Below, piece after piece: positions 48,601-57,749 of a DNA stretch of 64,000 nt. A model generated the notes under the pieces. The model did not search any database. It had not been told where the DNA came from and saw only the letters and a list, made by a program, of their open reading frames with translations. Source of the stretch: Macrostomum lignano (lineage: Eukaryota); the NCBI GenBank assembly GCA_002269645.1, contig NIVC01000051.1:558001-622000 (forward strand), given 5' to 3'. A program made the position numbers and the translations under genes. Position 1 is the first letter of the stretch. Each line of letters starts with the position of its first letter.

Positions 48601-51600
48601 AAGCCTTTTGAAACTCTGTGGCTGCTTGGAAAAACTCATTGTAGGATTGTTGCTCCTTATTTATTAGCCCAGTAAATCGTTTCTCTGCTTGTGCTAGCTT
48701 TTCCAATTCAGATATCTGCTGTGTACTTTTTCGCTTCATTTCTTATTTTATTTTATTTTTAGTTAAAAAATTGACGACCCACTGACACCAGTTTTCTACC
48801 CACTGCCATTTTTTTGACAGCAAATCCTATGACACAATCAAAGCGACTCAGGTAAGAGTTCCCAGTCAGGAAAATCAGAATGAAACTAATCTTGGTCCTG
48901 GTCAAACACTGACATTTACATACAATGGATGTTCGTCTTTGGTTAGTGTGCACAGTCTTAAGAGCGGCTTCCATATGACATTTCAATTCAAGACAAAGGG
49001 TAGTGCGGATGCGGCTCGTGCTAACGTTGACAAGCATGATGCGGATGTGGCTCTGATCAGTAACTTTTGGGCGTACATGTTCAAGGAGTTTAGTGTATCG
49101 AATGGGAGCACAGAGTTGGAGCGAATCGCCAACTTTGGAATTGTCTATGACGCTCATTGTTTGATCGAGAATCCTGATTTTATTCAGTTGGGAAGTGGTG
49201 CGGGTTTTATTGCAGACGAAAAAGAAGGAGATATCAATGACAGTGGTTATAAAAATAGGAAGAAGAGATACAACTATGCATTGCAAGGTGCTGATGATGC
49301 TGCTAAGAACCCGCTGTATCGGTCTGTTGATGTATTTGTACCACTGAGATTCATGAGTGGATTCTGTAATACATTTAATCGACTGACCAGTAACTTTAGC
49401 TACACCTTTAGGATGACTAGAGATAATCGCAATAGAGTGTTGTGGACTGGGGCGGATCACACAAGGATGGAGGTGAAGCTAACCGGAATCGAGCTGTATT
49501 TGGAAGTCATTGAGCCAAAGACTGCACTAAAAGCAGACTATCTTAAGGCAATAGAGAAGGACATTGATGTTGCATACACGGCCTACATGTGTCGAGATGA
49601 GCGAAACGAAACTAGAACAAACATCCGCATTAAAGAGGTATCATGCAGCAATCCAAGGTATATTATTATTAACATGAGAAACCCAAATAGCATTATACGC
49701 TACATGCATGGAGACGTGCGGTCCATTCAGCATGAAATCAGTGATAATCTTTACCCTGCACTGCCACAAAATGGAGATTTCAGTCAGAACAAGATTAGCA
49801 AATTTTACAGCGAGTTGGTCGACTTGGCTGTGAAAGAGAACAATGGAATTGCTATCACTGCTCTTCAATATGGAACTCTATATCCGATGTTTGGCGCTGA
49901 TGTGTCTGCCAGACAAATGCCTACTGATAACAGCCCTGTGAATATCGTGACTAACATTGAGAGGACTGCCGCAACACCCGTGGACCTGTACATTATCTAT
50001 GCATTTGAGAGGAAGGTGAAGCTTAACATGATCAACAATTCATCCAGTAAAGTTTAAATTTTTTTTGGGTGAAAAAAATGGAAGCGATTGCTGAAAGACT
50101 AAATAATATTGTTTCTCACTCCAAGGAGAGCATTCCTATTACAATAACTGGGCGAATAAATGACTCAAACGGGATATTTGTTCAAAAATTAGAGCAGGCG
50201 ATTAGCCTGGATCCAGGTGCTAATTACCATGTCTATCTTAACGACTTCACTGGTTGGTCAAACGTTCCCAATGTGACGGCAGCAAATAATAAGTTTTATT
50301 ACAAATGGAAAGGTGCAGCAGCAGAACCTGTGGTATTCCCTGTGAGCACGCAAAGTGTGGATACCCACAATTACTTTCTAGAAAACGTCTTTACTAAAAG
50401 AGGCCATTTTGAGACACCTGATATGAGTAAGCCAGATAAAAAACTGTTCCCTGTCAAACTAGCCTATGATCTCACTGTAATGAGAGTGGTCATGCAAGTT
50501 CACAAAGATGCGGAGGTTGAGTTTAAAGATGACACTTGGTATAGGGAATTGGGATTCGAGAAGAAAGTTTATAAGGCAGAATCCGCGGCGCGGACCGCCA
50601 CTCAAGCGTCAGGGGCCGTTAGCATGGCCCGGGAAAACGTAAGCGGTTTGTTCTTAGCACCCAATATTGCAGACATTGTAAAGGGTTTGAATATTCTAAT
50701 CAAAAGTAATATCAGTCTTGATTGGGTATTTAAGGGAAAGCGAACGAATATTTTGTACAACATCTCTAACTCTGTTGCTGGAGGACAGATGCTGGTAGAG
50801 AAACCAAATCCAGTGAAAAGAGTTGTATTGAGTAATAAGGAGATTCACGAGATTGTGCTACAGTTTGAGACTGAAGATGGGGTGGGTGTTGATTTCAACG
50901 GTGAATAGTTTGTATTGACGTTAATCATTGAGAGAATGTGAGAAAAATTACAATTGCCTAATGATTTCTGCAAAGTTATAGTAGCTGTCGTAATCGTTAA
51001 TGACTACTCCATACTTATGAAACCAGTGTCTTTGGAGAGCTAAATTAATATTAGGGACATTGATATCAACGCCGGGCCAATATTTTCTCATGTGCTCGTT
51101 GCATTCTAGTTTGCATCGGTACATACTCTTGTAATTAGGCTCGTGCGCTTTGTAATAAAAACCTGGAGAGACAACTGGAAACATTTTTAGAGAAAATTTA
51201 ATTTTTTTTCAAAGGGTAAGGACCCTGGGTTAGGGGATTTAAAGTTTTAGGGATGTGGTAGCACGTTGCGGATTGAATGTGGGGAGAAGAATTCAGATTA
51301 TTTTCTGATTGTTTCGAAGATGCTATGGGTGGATGTCAGTGAATTATAATGGGATTATGTTCGAAGTTTTCGGAACAAGTAGGACACCTGTTATGCTCTG
51401 ATTCTGTCGGGGATAATACGGATGGATTTAATGGGATTATGGAGGACGTTTTGTGAGCGAGTGCGACCCCCCTTTTTTCTGATTCTGTCGGGGATAATAT
51501 GGATGGATTTAATGGGATTATGGAGGACGTGAAAAAATTTGTCCCAAAAGCCCCCTCATGCCTTCTACTGGATAAAAAGGTATGTCATGTTTTCTGGGGA

Positions 51601-54019
51601 TCTGGGAGAGTAGGGACTTAGTCTGGGGATCTGGGGGAGTAGGGACCTAGCCTAGTATTGGAAACAAGGCGTTAAATATTAAATCACCTTTTTCTTCGCC
51701 CATCATTCCTGGAATGATGTCGAGATCGTTAAGACATTTTCGCAGCTTCAGAACTTGCCTAGCGCTGACAAACTTATTTCTAAAAGCATTTGACAGTGGT
51801 AAAAATATATGAGAACACAAATTCAATATAAAATTGTAGGTCAGGGTAGGTGTCGCTCACCTTCTCAAACAGTTTACAATACCTTCGCGCAAAGTATTCT
51901 TGATTTCCTCATAATTATCGATGTCTTTAGCCTGACCAGGCCGCTCTAGGACGCCATCGAATGCGTCCACGGTGGCAAACATGGCGAATAGCGTTGAGTC
52001 CAGATAACAAGAGTTGTGATGTCCCTGGACACCGCGATTGCGACCGACCAAATTGTCCAAGTCTTCTAGGCGAATTCGAGGCTCAGTTGGACCCGCAATG
52101 GTTGCAAAGTCACCACTGCCAAATTGGTGAGGCAGAGCCTCGGCTCCTCTGGGACGATCGGCCTGGTTATTGGCATTTCGCACTGGCTCAATCAGGCTCA
52201 GAAAGGTGAACCACAGATCAGGCTGAACATCTGGATGCACGGCTCGCACTTGGCTAGAAGGCACGAACCCGTGGCCTCCGCGTTCAACTCCTTCGTTGTC
52301 ATCAAGAGCAACGCCAACAACCAGATCTGTTTGGTTTGGAATGAAACCGAACCACATAACCATGCCGACCTTGTCCAGGAATGTTAAATTGACATGCGAG
52401 TCAATTCGAATGCCTTTACTCTCCATCAGTGCCTGCGCCTCGTCGCGACGTGGATCAAACGAGTTGAGAGGCTGCGCAGGCGGCTGATAACTCTGACCAG
52501 CATTTGCGCGGCTCTCTACAAAATATGAACATTGCAGCATTTTTACAGCCTTGGCCTGTCAAGTAGAGCATTAATCCTTTAAATACTAGCAGAATTCAAT
52601 TTTATAGATTCAACTTACGAGATACTAGGTTTATTAATCTAAGTAATTCAATCCTAAGCAAAATCGAGGGCAACTCAACCAACCTGCCAATCTACGATCA
52701 AAGTCTTTCTCTCGCTGCAAATGGGCCTCTTCAACAATGAGACAACACTCGGGTTTGCCTTCAAACATATGACGATTGCCCAACCAACATGACGAATTGG
52801 GAACTCGATGGTCAAACTCCACGCCAGCCAGATGTTTTGGTCCGTTTGCATCCAGTCTACCCAGCCATTTGATCAGGCCCCGCCTGTACTCATTCTGTCT
52901 GGCGTCCAACTGCAGCACTACCCGATCGTCAATGTTAAGCAGCTGGTCAGCTGGGCAATCTTGAACCGGATCCAACCAGCGAGCGTCCGCTAGAATCAAT
53001 CGGCGATCGCGAGCTTCTTCTGGGCGCACCTTCAACAGTTGTCGAGTGTTGTCATCAGGCAACACGGATATTATCAATGGCTGGCCATCGTCTACTTTGC
53101 GATCGCAGCTGACAAAACCAAAATAGAGACCGTCTGGGTCTTTCGGTTTTGTCCAGCTAGGCAGAACACCTTTGAACCGAACTTCACACTTTAACGAGTT
53201 TGTCGCCTCTAAAAAAGCAAATTATGTGAGCCAGTTAAAAAAATCGGACTTTTCAAGGGCAACCAAAATGATTTCGAATAAAAAAGAACGCTATATTGTA
53301 GACGAGCACTCTGCTGACTCCTGAGCAGACACAAACTAGCGTACCAATCCTTAACGCAAGCACGCACTCATACACACGCTCACACAGGCTGTACAGCGGT
53401 TCTGTGACTTTTTAAATCGTCAGGCATGTACAGTCTGTGGCTTGGAGGTCGGCCATAATGGCTGTGAATCACACGACAATCCCAAGGCCAATATTTCGTG
53501 CCTCGAAATGAATGACTCAAACTCTGAGCGAAAAATTACCCGGTTTTCCTATTGCAAAGGAAACCTTAAGCACTTGAGACTCAGAGACACCAACTAACCT
53601 AGATTCTCAACAAAACTGGGATCGCGAACAGACACGATGCTACCAACTTGGAAGCGTTGGGCCAATTGAAAATTACTCGAAACACAAAAATCGTATCGCT
53701 TGTGTATTGGCACAGCTAGCAAAATCCGGGCTTCTTCAGCTGTTAAAGGTATTTTTTCGCCTTTATACATCTGGCAAAACAAGGATTCGAACTCCAATGA
53801 GCGACACAATGGTGCAAGTTGATTTGCACCTCCTCTGTCAGGTGCAATAAGCCACAATAAGCCAGAATCCATCTGATGTGTCCTTGCTTCTATCGGATCT
53901 TTGTTTCCAATTTTTACGGTGACAGACGTTTTGTACCGATTCATGAAACACTTAAAACTGCCGGGATTTTCTGTGTCGCTAGGCAGCTCAATCTGGCGCA
54001 CTTTTACCAAACTTTCCAT
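33662..54019 (-). CDS. CYLD: CYLD-like deubiquitinase, copy B (CAP-Gly domains plus USP domain); catalytic His codon deleted; Polinton in intron 4
   Basis: Exons 54019-53599, 53208-52684, 52515-51861, 51779-51688, 35388-35240, 34515-33987 and 33846-33662 join in frame. Motifs: GVQGHHNSCYLDSTLFAMF, EEKDPEEFINLLL, CICTS-YVCF, WLFFDSMADREG, GYNIPEV, DCYLCFY. The start codon is a candidate. Confidence 0.9.
34538..34760. repeat. 31-bp minisatellite (GTTGCTGAGATGCCAATTGGCTCAATGGGGA), ~7 copies, CYLD-B intron
   Basis: Units start at 34555, 34586, ... 34741. The same array is in the CYLD-A intron. Confidence 0.92.
35421..36534 (+). repeat. Left terminal inverted repeat (~1.11 kb) with 8 copies of an ~81-bp unit
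   Basis: GACAGAATCAG recurs at 35501, 35582, 35663, 35746 and on to ~36070. Reverse-complementary to 50946-51569. Confidence 0.92.
36293..36532 (+). CDS. 79-aa orphan ORF encoded inside the left TIR
   Basis: Open in both TIRs despite several substitutions and an in-frame indel; A-rich start context like the other element genes. Confidence 0.55.
   Translation: MFPVVSPGSYYKAHEPNYKSKYRCKLECSEYMRKYWPGVDINVPNINLALQRHWFHKYGVTYVKDYDSYYNFAEIIKQL
36698..36777 (+). promoter_or_regulatory. Heat-shock element array plus TATA-like box inside the Polinton
   Basis: Four perfect alternating nGAAn pentamers (aTTCt-aGAAt-aTTCt-aGAAc) at 36711-36730, a 22-bp palindrome TTCTAGAATTCGAATTCTAGAA at 36698-36719, and TATAATATATA at 36767-36777. 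Confidence 0.65.
36864..37796 (+). CDS. Two-exon orphan gene of the Polinton (~245 aa, charged/helical)
   Basis: Exon 36864-37138, donor CG|GTAAGA, 199-bp AT-rich intron, acceptor TTTTTAG at 37337. Exon 2 continues in phase and needs one 1-bp correction near 37408 to join ORF 37452-37796. Confidence 0.5.
38273..38764 (-). CDS. Parvovirus VP1u-type phospholipase A2 domain protein (adintovirus PLA2X-like)
   Basis: LPGYKYCGPLN calcium-loop motif and PVNELDSVCMWHDVKY catalytic HD motif; ORF is open. Confidence 0.85.
   Translation of the reverse strand: MQRSGGKLDSHGLIEKLPHPNKGWTLPGYKYCGPLNPLEIQLDKNNNPNPGHEPVNELDSVCMWHDVKYRDFPEEKNRWDKEMLRRLDNIGASSGFRESIARKLVKAVIFGKTKLGLGISAEGGCTGREGWCMGCSVAGFILCAPNEELGRLLKELGVERAIK
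38796..39820 (+). pseudogene. Retroviral-like (rve) integrase, split by a 1-bp frameshift at ~39181
   Basis: DDE triad in HQADLL, TDPGKEF and VERFN; YALTITDVASRY strand motif. Confidence 0.92.
39837..40293 (+). pseudogene. Small virion/core-like protein with LPLAALIPIIAGAVSAAGGVAGGV motif (adenovirus pX-like); two 1-bp frameshifts
   Basis: Adding one A to each of the A-runs at 39928-39932 and 40000-40003 gives a continuous ~150-aa frame. Missed by the ORF track. Confidence 0.55.
40418..44258 (+). pseudogene. Protein-primed family B DNA polymerase with N-terminal extension and EndoVII-like insert; several frameshifts and stops
   Basis: ExoI VVYADFEC, ExoII HNAKNYD, ExoIII YL.TDVFLLADVF, PolA YLDANNLYGWAM, PolB KLANNSVYGK, PolC YTDTDS, KMKDE, KSKG. 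Confidence 0.95.
44344..44742 (+). pseudogene. Adenain-like (C5) maturation cysteine protease with two frameshifts
   Basis: GSHW (His) and YYFDSYG (Asp); after the shift LQGLSSDICGELC (Gln/Cys). Confidence 0.88.
44709..45435 (-). pseudogene. Conserved Polinton/adintovirus hydrophobic hairpin protein (GasderminX-like family), one frameshift at ~45015
   Basis: FRLVEI...FFDYSNMIL, two hydrophobic segments, a basic patch and, after the shift, ISRAIED.FVSEDEFKTI. Family assignment is from memory. Confidence 0.55.
45513..46172 (-). pseudogene. Orphan coiled-coil-like protein with an in-frame TAG at 46005-46007
   Basis: ATG at 46172 is in frame with ORF 45513-45896 across a single stop. Confidence 0.5.
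46189..46987 (-). pseudogene. A32/FtsK-like genome-packaging ATPase, frameshift at ~46590
   Basis: Walker A VGSSGSGKT, Walker B LIVFDD, RGRH arginine motif, IAQ sensor. Confidence 0.93.
47030..47135. repeat. ~5 x 21-bp direct repeat (AGATGTGTCATTTTGGGACTT) upstream of the ATPase gene
   Basis: Direct inspection. Confidence 0.8.
47176..47595 (-). pseudogene. Small virion-like protein: GxG motifs, amphipathic helix, Pro-rich linker, C-terminal KKGSGFKFD
   Basis: ATG at 47595 and the final stop at 47176 are in the same frame; two internal stops fall in a short-repeat region with apparent compensating indels. Confidence 0.5.
47612..48739 (-). CDS. 375-aa Q/P-rich Polinton protein with a conserved-looking C-terminal helical motif
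   Basis: Open ORF. C-terminal GKGISEIYKRVAVLLGATKTG...EFVNILDKML resembles the RL.LL.AS..AG...E...IL..L motif common in Polinton proteins. Confidence 0.65.
   Translation of the reverse strand: MKRKSTQQISELEKLAQAEKRFTGLINKEQQSYNEFFQAATEFQKALGKIPEAPQIQPQPQTRPQPQQSQPQQQQLKVTDNIFGPVERVEHDGKYVFGISMWRKNIYNEPVEYYIDINKKHISVVKGSETKSIPFTETLLNFMTKNQERISDKQLKNYKDLVTFSLARDIEILKVPEVLKHMYDSGVNLTRFKKYKHFKQWFDLPDQAEVIKYLEQQQQQQQPQPQQQHFTEVLRQMKNADPTQVAKYKNDHPDAWQHLEQHSPDRMNRIKQRVFTPQQRQAPHDSSISGSEQSFASPPQQLQAQPTPQPQDQPPSTGKGISEIYKRVAVLLGATKTGMKDENRKEFVNILDKMLERKYIDKRARELLLSRFNKK
48771..50057 (+). CDS. Double jelly-roll major capsid protein; 5' end damaged (start and one T-run)
   Basis: NFWAYMFKEFSVSNGSTELE, VPLRFMSGF, LYP, YPMFGADVS, alternating beta-strand pattern, and position next to the penton gene. 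Confidence 0.82.
50078..50941 (+). CDS. Minor capsid protein (penton); premature TAG at 50906-50908
   Basis: AISLD...YHVYLNDFTGWSNVPNV...NNKFYY and IHEIVLQFETEDG..VDFNGE; the frame continues FVLTLIIERM after the stop. Confidence 0.8.
50946..51569 (-). repeat. Right terminal inverted repeat (~0.62 kb) with 2 copies of the 81-bp unit
   Basis: Reverse complement of the left TIR minus six repeat units. Confidence 0.92.
50948..51184 (-). CDS. 78-aa copy of the TIR-encoded orphan ORF
   Basis: Near-identical to 36293-36532. Confidence 0.55.
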   Translation of the reverse strand: MFPVVSPGFYYKAHEPNYKSMYRCKLECNEHMRKYWPGVDINVPNINLALQRHWFHKYGVVINDYDSYYNFAEIIRQL

Positions 54020-54079
54020 CACCAATTGCTTGTTCAAATAGAAATCTAGAAATCCCACAGATCCCCATCCCATAGAAAT

Positions 54080-55415
54080 CTGTGGGATGGGGAGCTGTGG
54101 GATGTGGAGCTGTGGGATGGGGATCTGTGGGATGGGGATCTGTGGCATGGGGAGATGTGGGATGGGGAGATGTGGGATGGAGAGCTGTGGGATGGGGAGC
54201 TGTGGGATGGGGATCTGTGGGATGTGGAGCTGTGGGATGGGGATCTGTGGGATGGGGAGCTGTGGGATGGGGAGCTGTGGGATGGGGAGCTGTGGGATGG
54301 GGATCTGTGGCATGGGGAGATGTGGGATGGGGAGATGTGGGATGGAGAGCTGTGGGATGGGGAGCTGTGGGATGGGGATCTGTGGGATGGGGAGATGTGG
54401 GATGGGGATCTGTGGGATGGGGAGCTGTGGGATGGGGAGATGTGGGATGGGGATCTGTGGCATGGGGAGATGTGGGATGGGGAGATGTGGGATGGAGAGC
54501 TGTGGGATGGGGAGCTGTGGGATGGGGATCTGTGGGATGGGGAGATGTGGGATGGGGAGATGTGGGATGGGGAGCTGTGGGATGGGGAGATGTGGGATGG
54601 GGATCTGTGGCATGGGGAGATGTGGGATGGGGATCTGTGGAATGGAGAGCTGTGGGATGGGGAGCTGTGGGATGGGGATCTGTGGGATGGGGAGCTGTGG
54701 GATGGGGAGCTGTGGCATGGGGATCTGTGGCATGGGGAGATGTGGGATGGGGATCTGTGGCATGGGGAGATGTGGGATGGGGAGCTGTGGAATGGAGAGC
54801 TGTGGGATGGGGATCAGTGGAATGGGGAGCTGTGGGATGGAGAGCTGTGGGATGGGGAGCTGTGAGATGGGGAGATGTGGGATGGGGAGCTGTGGGATGG
54901 GGATCTGTGAGTTGGGGAGCTGTGGGATTGGAGAGCTGTGGAAAGGGGAGCTGTGGGATGGGGAGCTGTGGGATGGAGAGCTGTGGGATGGGGAGCTGTG
55001 AGATGGGGAGATGTGGGATGGAGAGCTGTGGGATGGGGATCTGTGAGTTGGGGAGCTGTGGGATGGGGAGATGTGGGATGGGGAGCTGTGGGATGGGGAT
55101 CTGTGAGTTGGGGAGCTGTGGGATTGGAGAGCTGTGGAAAGGGGAGCTGTGGGATGGGGAGCTGTGGGATGGAGAGCTGTGGGATGGGGAGCTGTGAGAT
55201 GGGGAGATGTGGGATGGAGAGCTGTGGGATGGGGATCTGTGAGTTGGGGAGCTGTGGGATTGGAGAGCTGTGGAAAGGGGATCTGTGAGATGGGGAGCTG
55301 TAGGATAGAGAGCTGTGGGATGGGGAGCTGTGGGATGGAGAGCTGTGGGGTGGGGATCTGTGAGATGGGGAGCTGTGGGATTGGAGAGCTGTGGAAAGGG
55401 GAGCTGTGGGATGGG
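54080..55415 (+). repeat. G-rich 15-bp minisatellite (TGTGGGATGGGGAGC variants)
   Basis: Long array with GGG/GGGG runs; lies between the CYLD-B start and the CYLD-A 3' flank. Confidence 0.95.
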
Positions 55416-56196
55416 AATAACTAAAATAGGCCCATTGGGACTGCAATTCAAGAGAACTTAGCGCATGACTGCGGGCCAGAGGGAAAGAGAAGAAGCAAGG
55501 GAATAAAGGAGAAGAGAGGAGAAGAAGGACGAGAGAAGGAGAGAAGAGAAAATATATTAAAAAGTGGAGAGGAAAGAAATGGGAGACGAGAGCAGAGATG
55601 AGAGATTATAGAGAAGAGAGCTGAGCGGACCGGATTGCCATTGTGAAGTTTGAAAGGAGCCGAGGGCCGGTTAGAGAGGCTCTGCAGGCCGGAGCGACCC
55701 CTCTGGTCAAGCTACAGATGGGACATGACACTTGATTTAGAAGTGAAATACAGTAATTACCAACATTTAAAATACAAAATTGCATCAGTTGTGGGTCGCC
55801 AGGTTCAGCTTGTACTAATCTGGATAAATAAAAACATGCCAAGACAAGTCAAGATACGATTCAGTTTTCAATAATATTTTGTCATAATGTTTGCTGATAC
55901 GAGTATATTTCTCGTTTAAAATATAACAGGCTTCTCTAAAAAGTTGATTTCACTTTGTTTTGTTTTTAGTACAGAATGAATTTTTTTTTGCAAAAAAGCA
56001 AGAAAAGCCTCTGCATCAGCACAGCGGGGGGTCGATCTGGATAAGCATTTGGAAACGCGAAACCGTTCTACACATTTACAGGTGTGATGATGATGATAAA
56101 TAGGGATTAAAAAAATAATAAACATCGAGACAAAACAGTTAAAACTTTCATTAAGGATCACACTCGATTGAATAATTTTTTATTGATTGACGATGA

Positions 56197-57215
56197 CGGA
56201 GGTGTCGCCATGGATTTTACGGTGGGGGGACAAAGCCAAGAATTCTGCATGTACATAACTAAATACCTACATGTACATTATTTTGAGAATTGGTGTTGTC
56301 AGCGCTCATTTTGATGCCACAGTCACTCATTCTGGCGCAGTAGTCACTTATTTTGGTGCCACAGTCACTCATTTTGGTGCCACAGTCACTCATTTTGGTG
56401 CCACAGTCACTCATTTTGGTGCCACAGTCACTCATTTTGGTGCCACAGTCGCTCATTTTGGCGCCACAGTCACTTATTTTGGTGCCACAGTCACTTATTT
56501 TGGCGCCACAGTCATTTATTTTGGTGCCACAGTCATTCATTTTGGCGCCACAGTCACTTATTTTGGCGCCACAGTCATTTATTTTGGTGCCACAGTCATT
56601 CATTTTGGCGCCACAGTCACTTATTTTGGCGCCACAGTCATTTATTTTGGTGCCACAGTCATTCATTTTGGCGCCACAGTCATTTATTTTGGTGCCACAG
56701 TCATTTATTTTGGTGCCACAGTCATTCATTTTGGCGCCACAGTCACTTATTTTGGTGCCACAGTCACTTATTTTGGCGCCACAGTCATTTATTTTGGTGC
56801 CACAGTCACTTATTTTGGTGCCACAGTCATTCATTTTGGCGCCACAGTCACTTATTTTGGTGCCACAGTCACTTATTTTGGCGCCACAGTCATTTATTTT
56901 GGTGCCACAGTCACTTATTTTGGTGCCACAGTCATTCATTTTGGCGCCACAGTCACTTATTTTGGTGCCACAGTCACTTATTTTGGTGCCACAGTCACTT
57001 ATTTTGGCACCACAGTCACTCATTTTGTCGCCACAGTCACTCATTTTGGCGCCACAGACATTCATTTTGGCGCCGAAGGCACTCATTTTGGTGCCGCAGG
57101 TGCTATGCTTTGGAGCTCGTAAGCAAAATTATTGATTTCCATAACGGGTCACAAGATGGGGTGGAGCATTGGCATGACAAAGCATTGACATGTCCCCCCG
57201 GTGGCGACGCCCCTG
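56197..57215. mobile_element. hAT-like MITE with internal 21-bp array (sister of 26621-27440)
   Basis: Ends CGGAGGTGTCGCC / GGCGACGCCCCTG. Shares GGATTTTA.GGTGGGG.GGACAAAGCCAAGAATTC with the sister copy. Flanks GACGATGA / GATGATGG. Absent at the paralogous site near 33120. Confidence 0.75.
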
Positions 57216-57749
57216 GATGATGGCATTAAATCGTTTAATCACTGGGTGAGACAGCGTAGAAATATGCAATTACAGTGGAATAAATGGTACACATCAGATC
57301 ACCAACCAGAAATATATGAAAAGAAAACTCATTTAATTAAAAATTAATCAATTTGGTCCAATACAAACGCTATATGTGTATACATTATACGCTTCCGGCG
57401 CTTGACCTACCACTTATTTTACTACTGCAAGTAGTATATAAAAGTATTTTATGCCGATTCTGGAGTAACAACGGACTTAAAATTATTGTTAAAGTTAAGT
57501 TCTATACAAGCGTCTGTCTTGTATTGTAGACTCTTATTTGTTTTGAAAGTTGAACCGTTTTTCTCCGAGTTTAATCCTTCGTTATTGGTTTTAATAGCTT
57601 TCGCACTCCTCTTATTAAAAGTATTTACAAATTATATTATTTACTGGGAAAAGAGAGAATCGCTAATTTGGTAAATAAAAACGATGTTGAATATCAAAGA
57701 ACACGCAAACGTTTAAAAAGTAGTATACACTGGTAGTGTCAATATTACT

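Larger units (their letters stand above)
35421..51569. mobile_element. Full-length Polinton/Maverick (adintovirus-like endogenous virus), 16,149 bp
   Basis: Termini AGTAGAAGGCATGAGGGGGCTTTTGGGAC and its reverse complement. 6-bp TSD GGATAA at 35415-35420 and 51570-51575. Empty site GAATAA at 63518-63523 in the paralogous intron. Carries integrase, pPolB, protease, ATPase, MCP and penton genes. Confidence 0.97.

Noticed and set aside
53594-55451. Collagen-like or Pro/His-rich ORFs over the G-rich array
   Set aside because: Open in several frames on both strands because the unit length is a multiple of 3; only the part below ~54019 is CYLD coding sequence.
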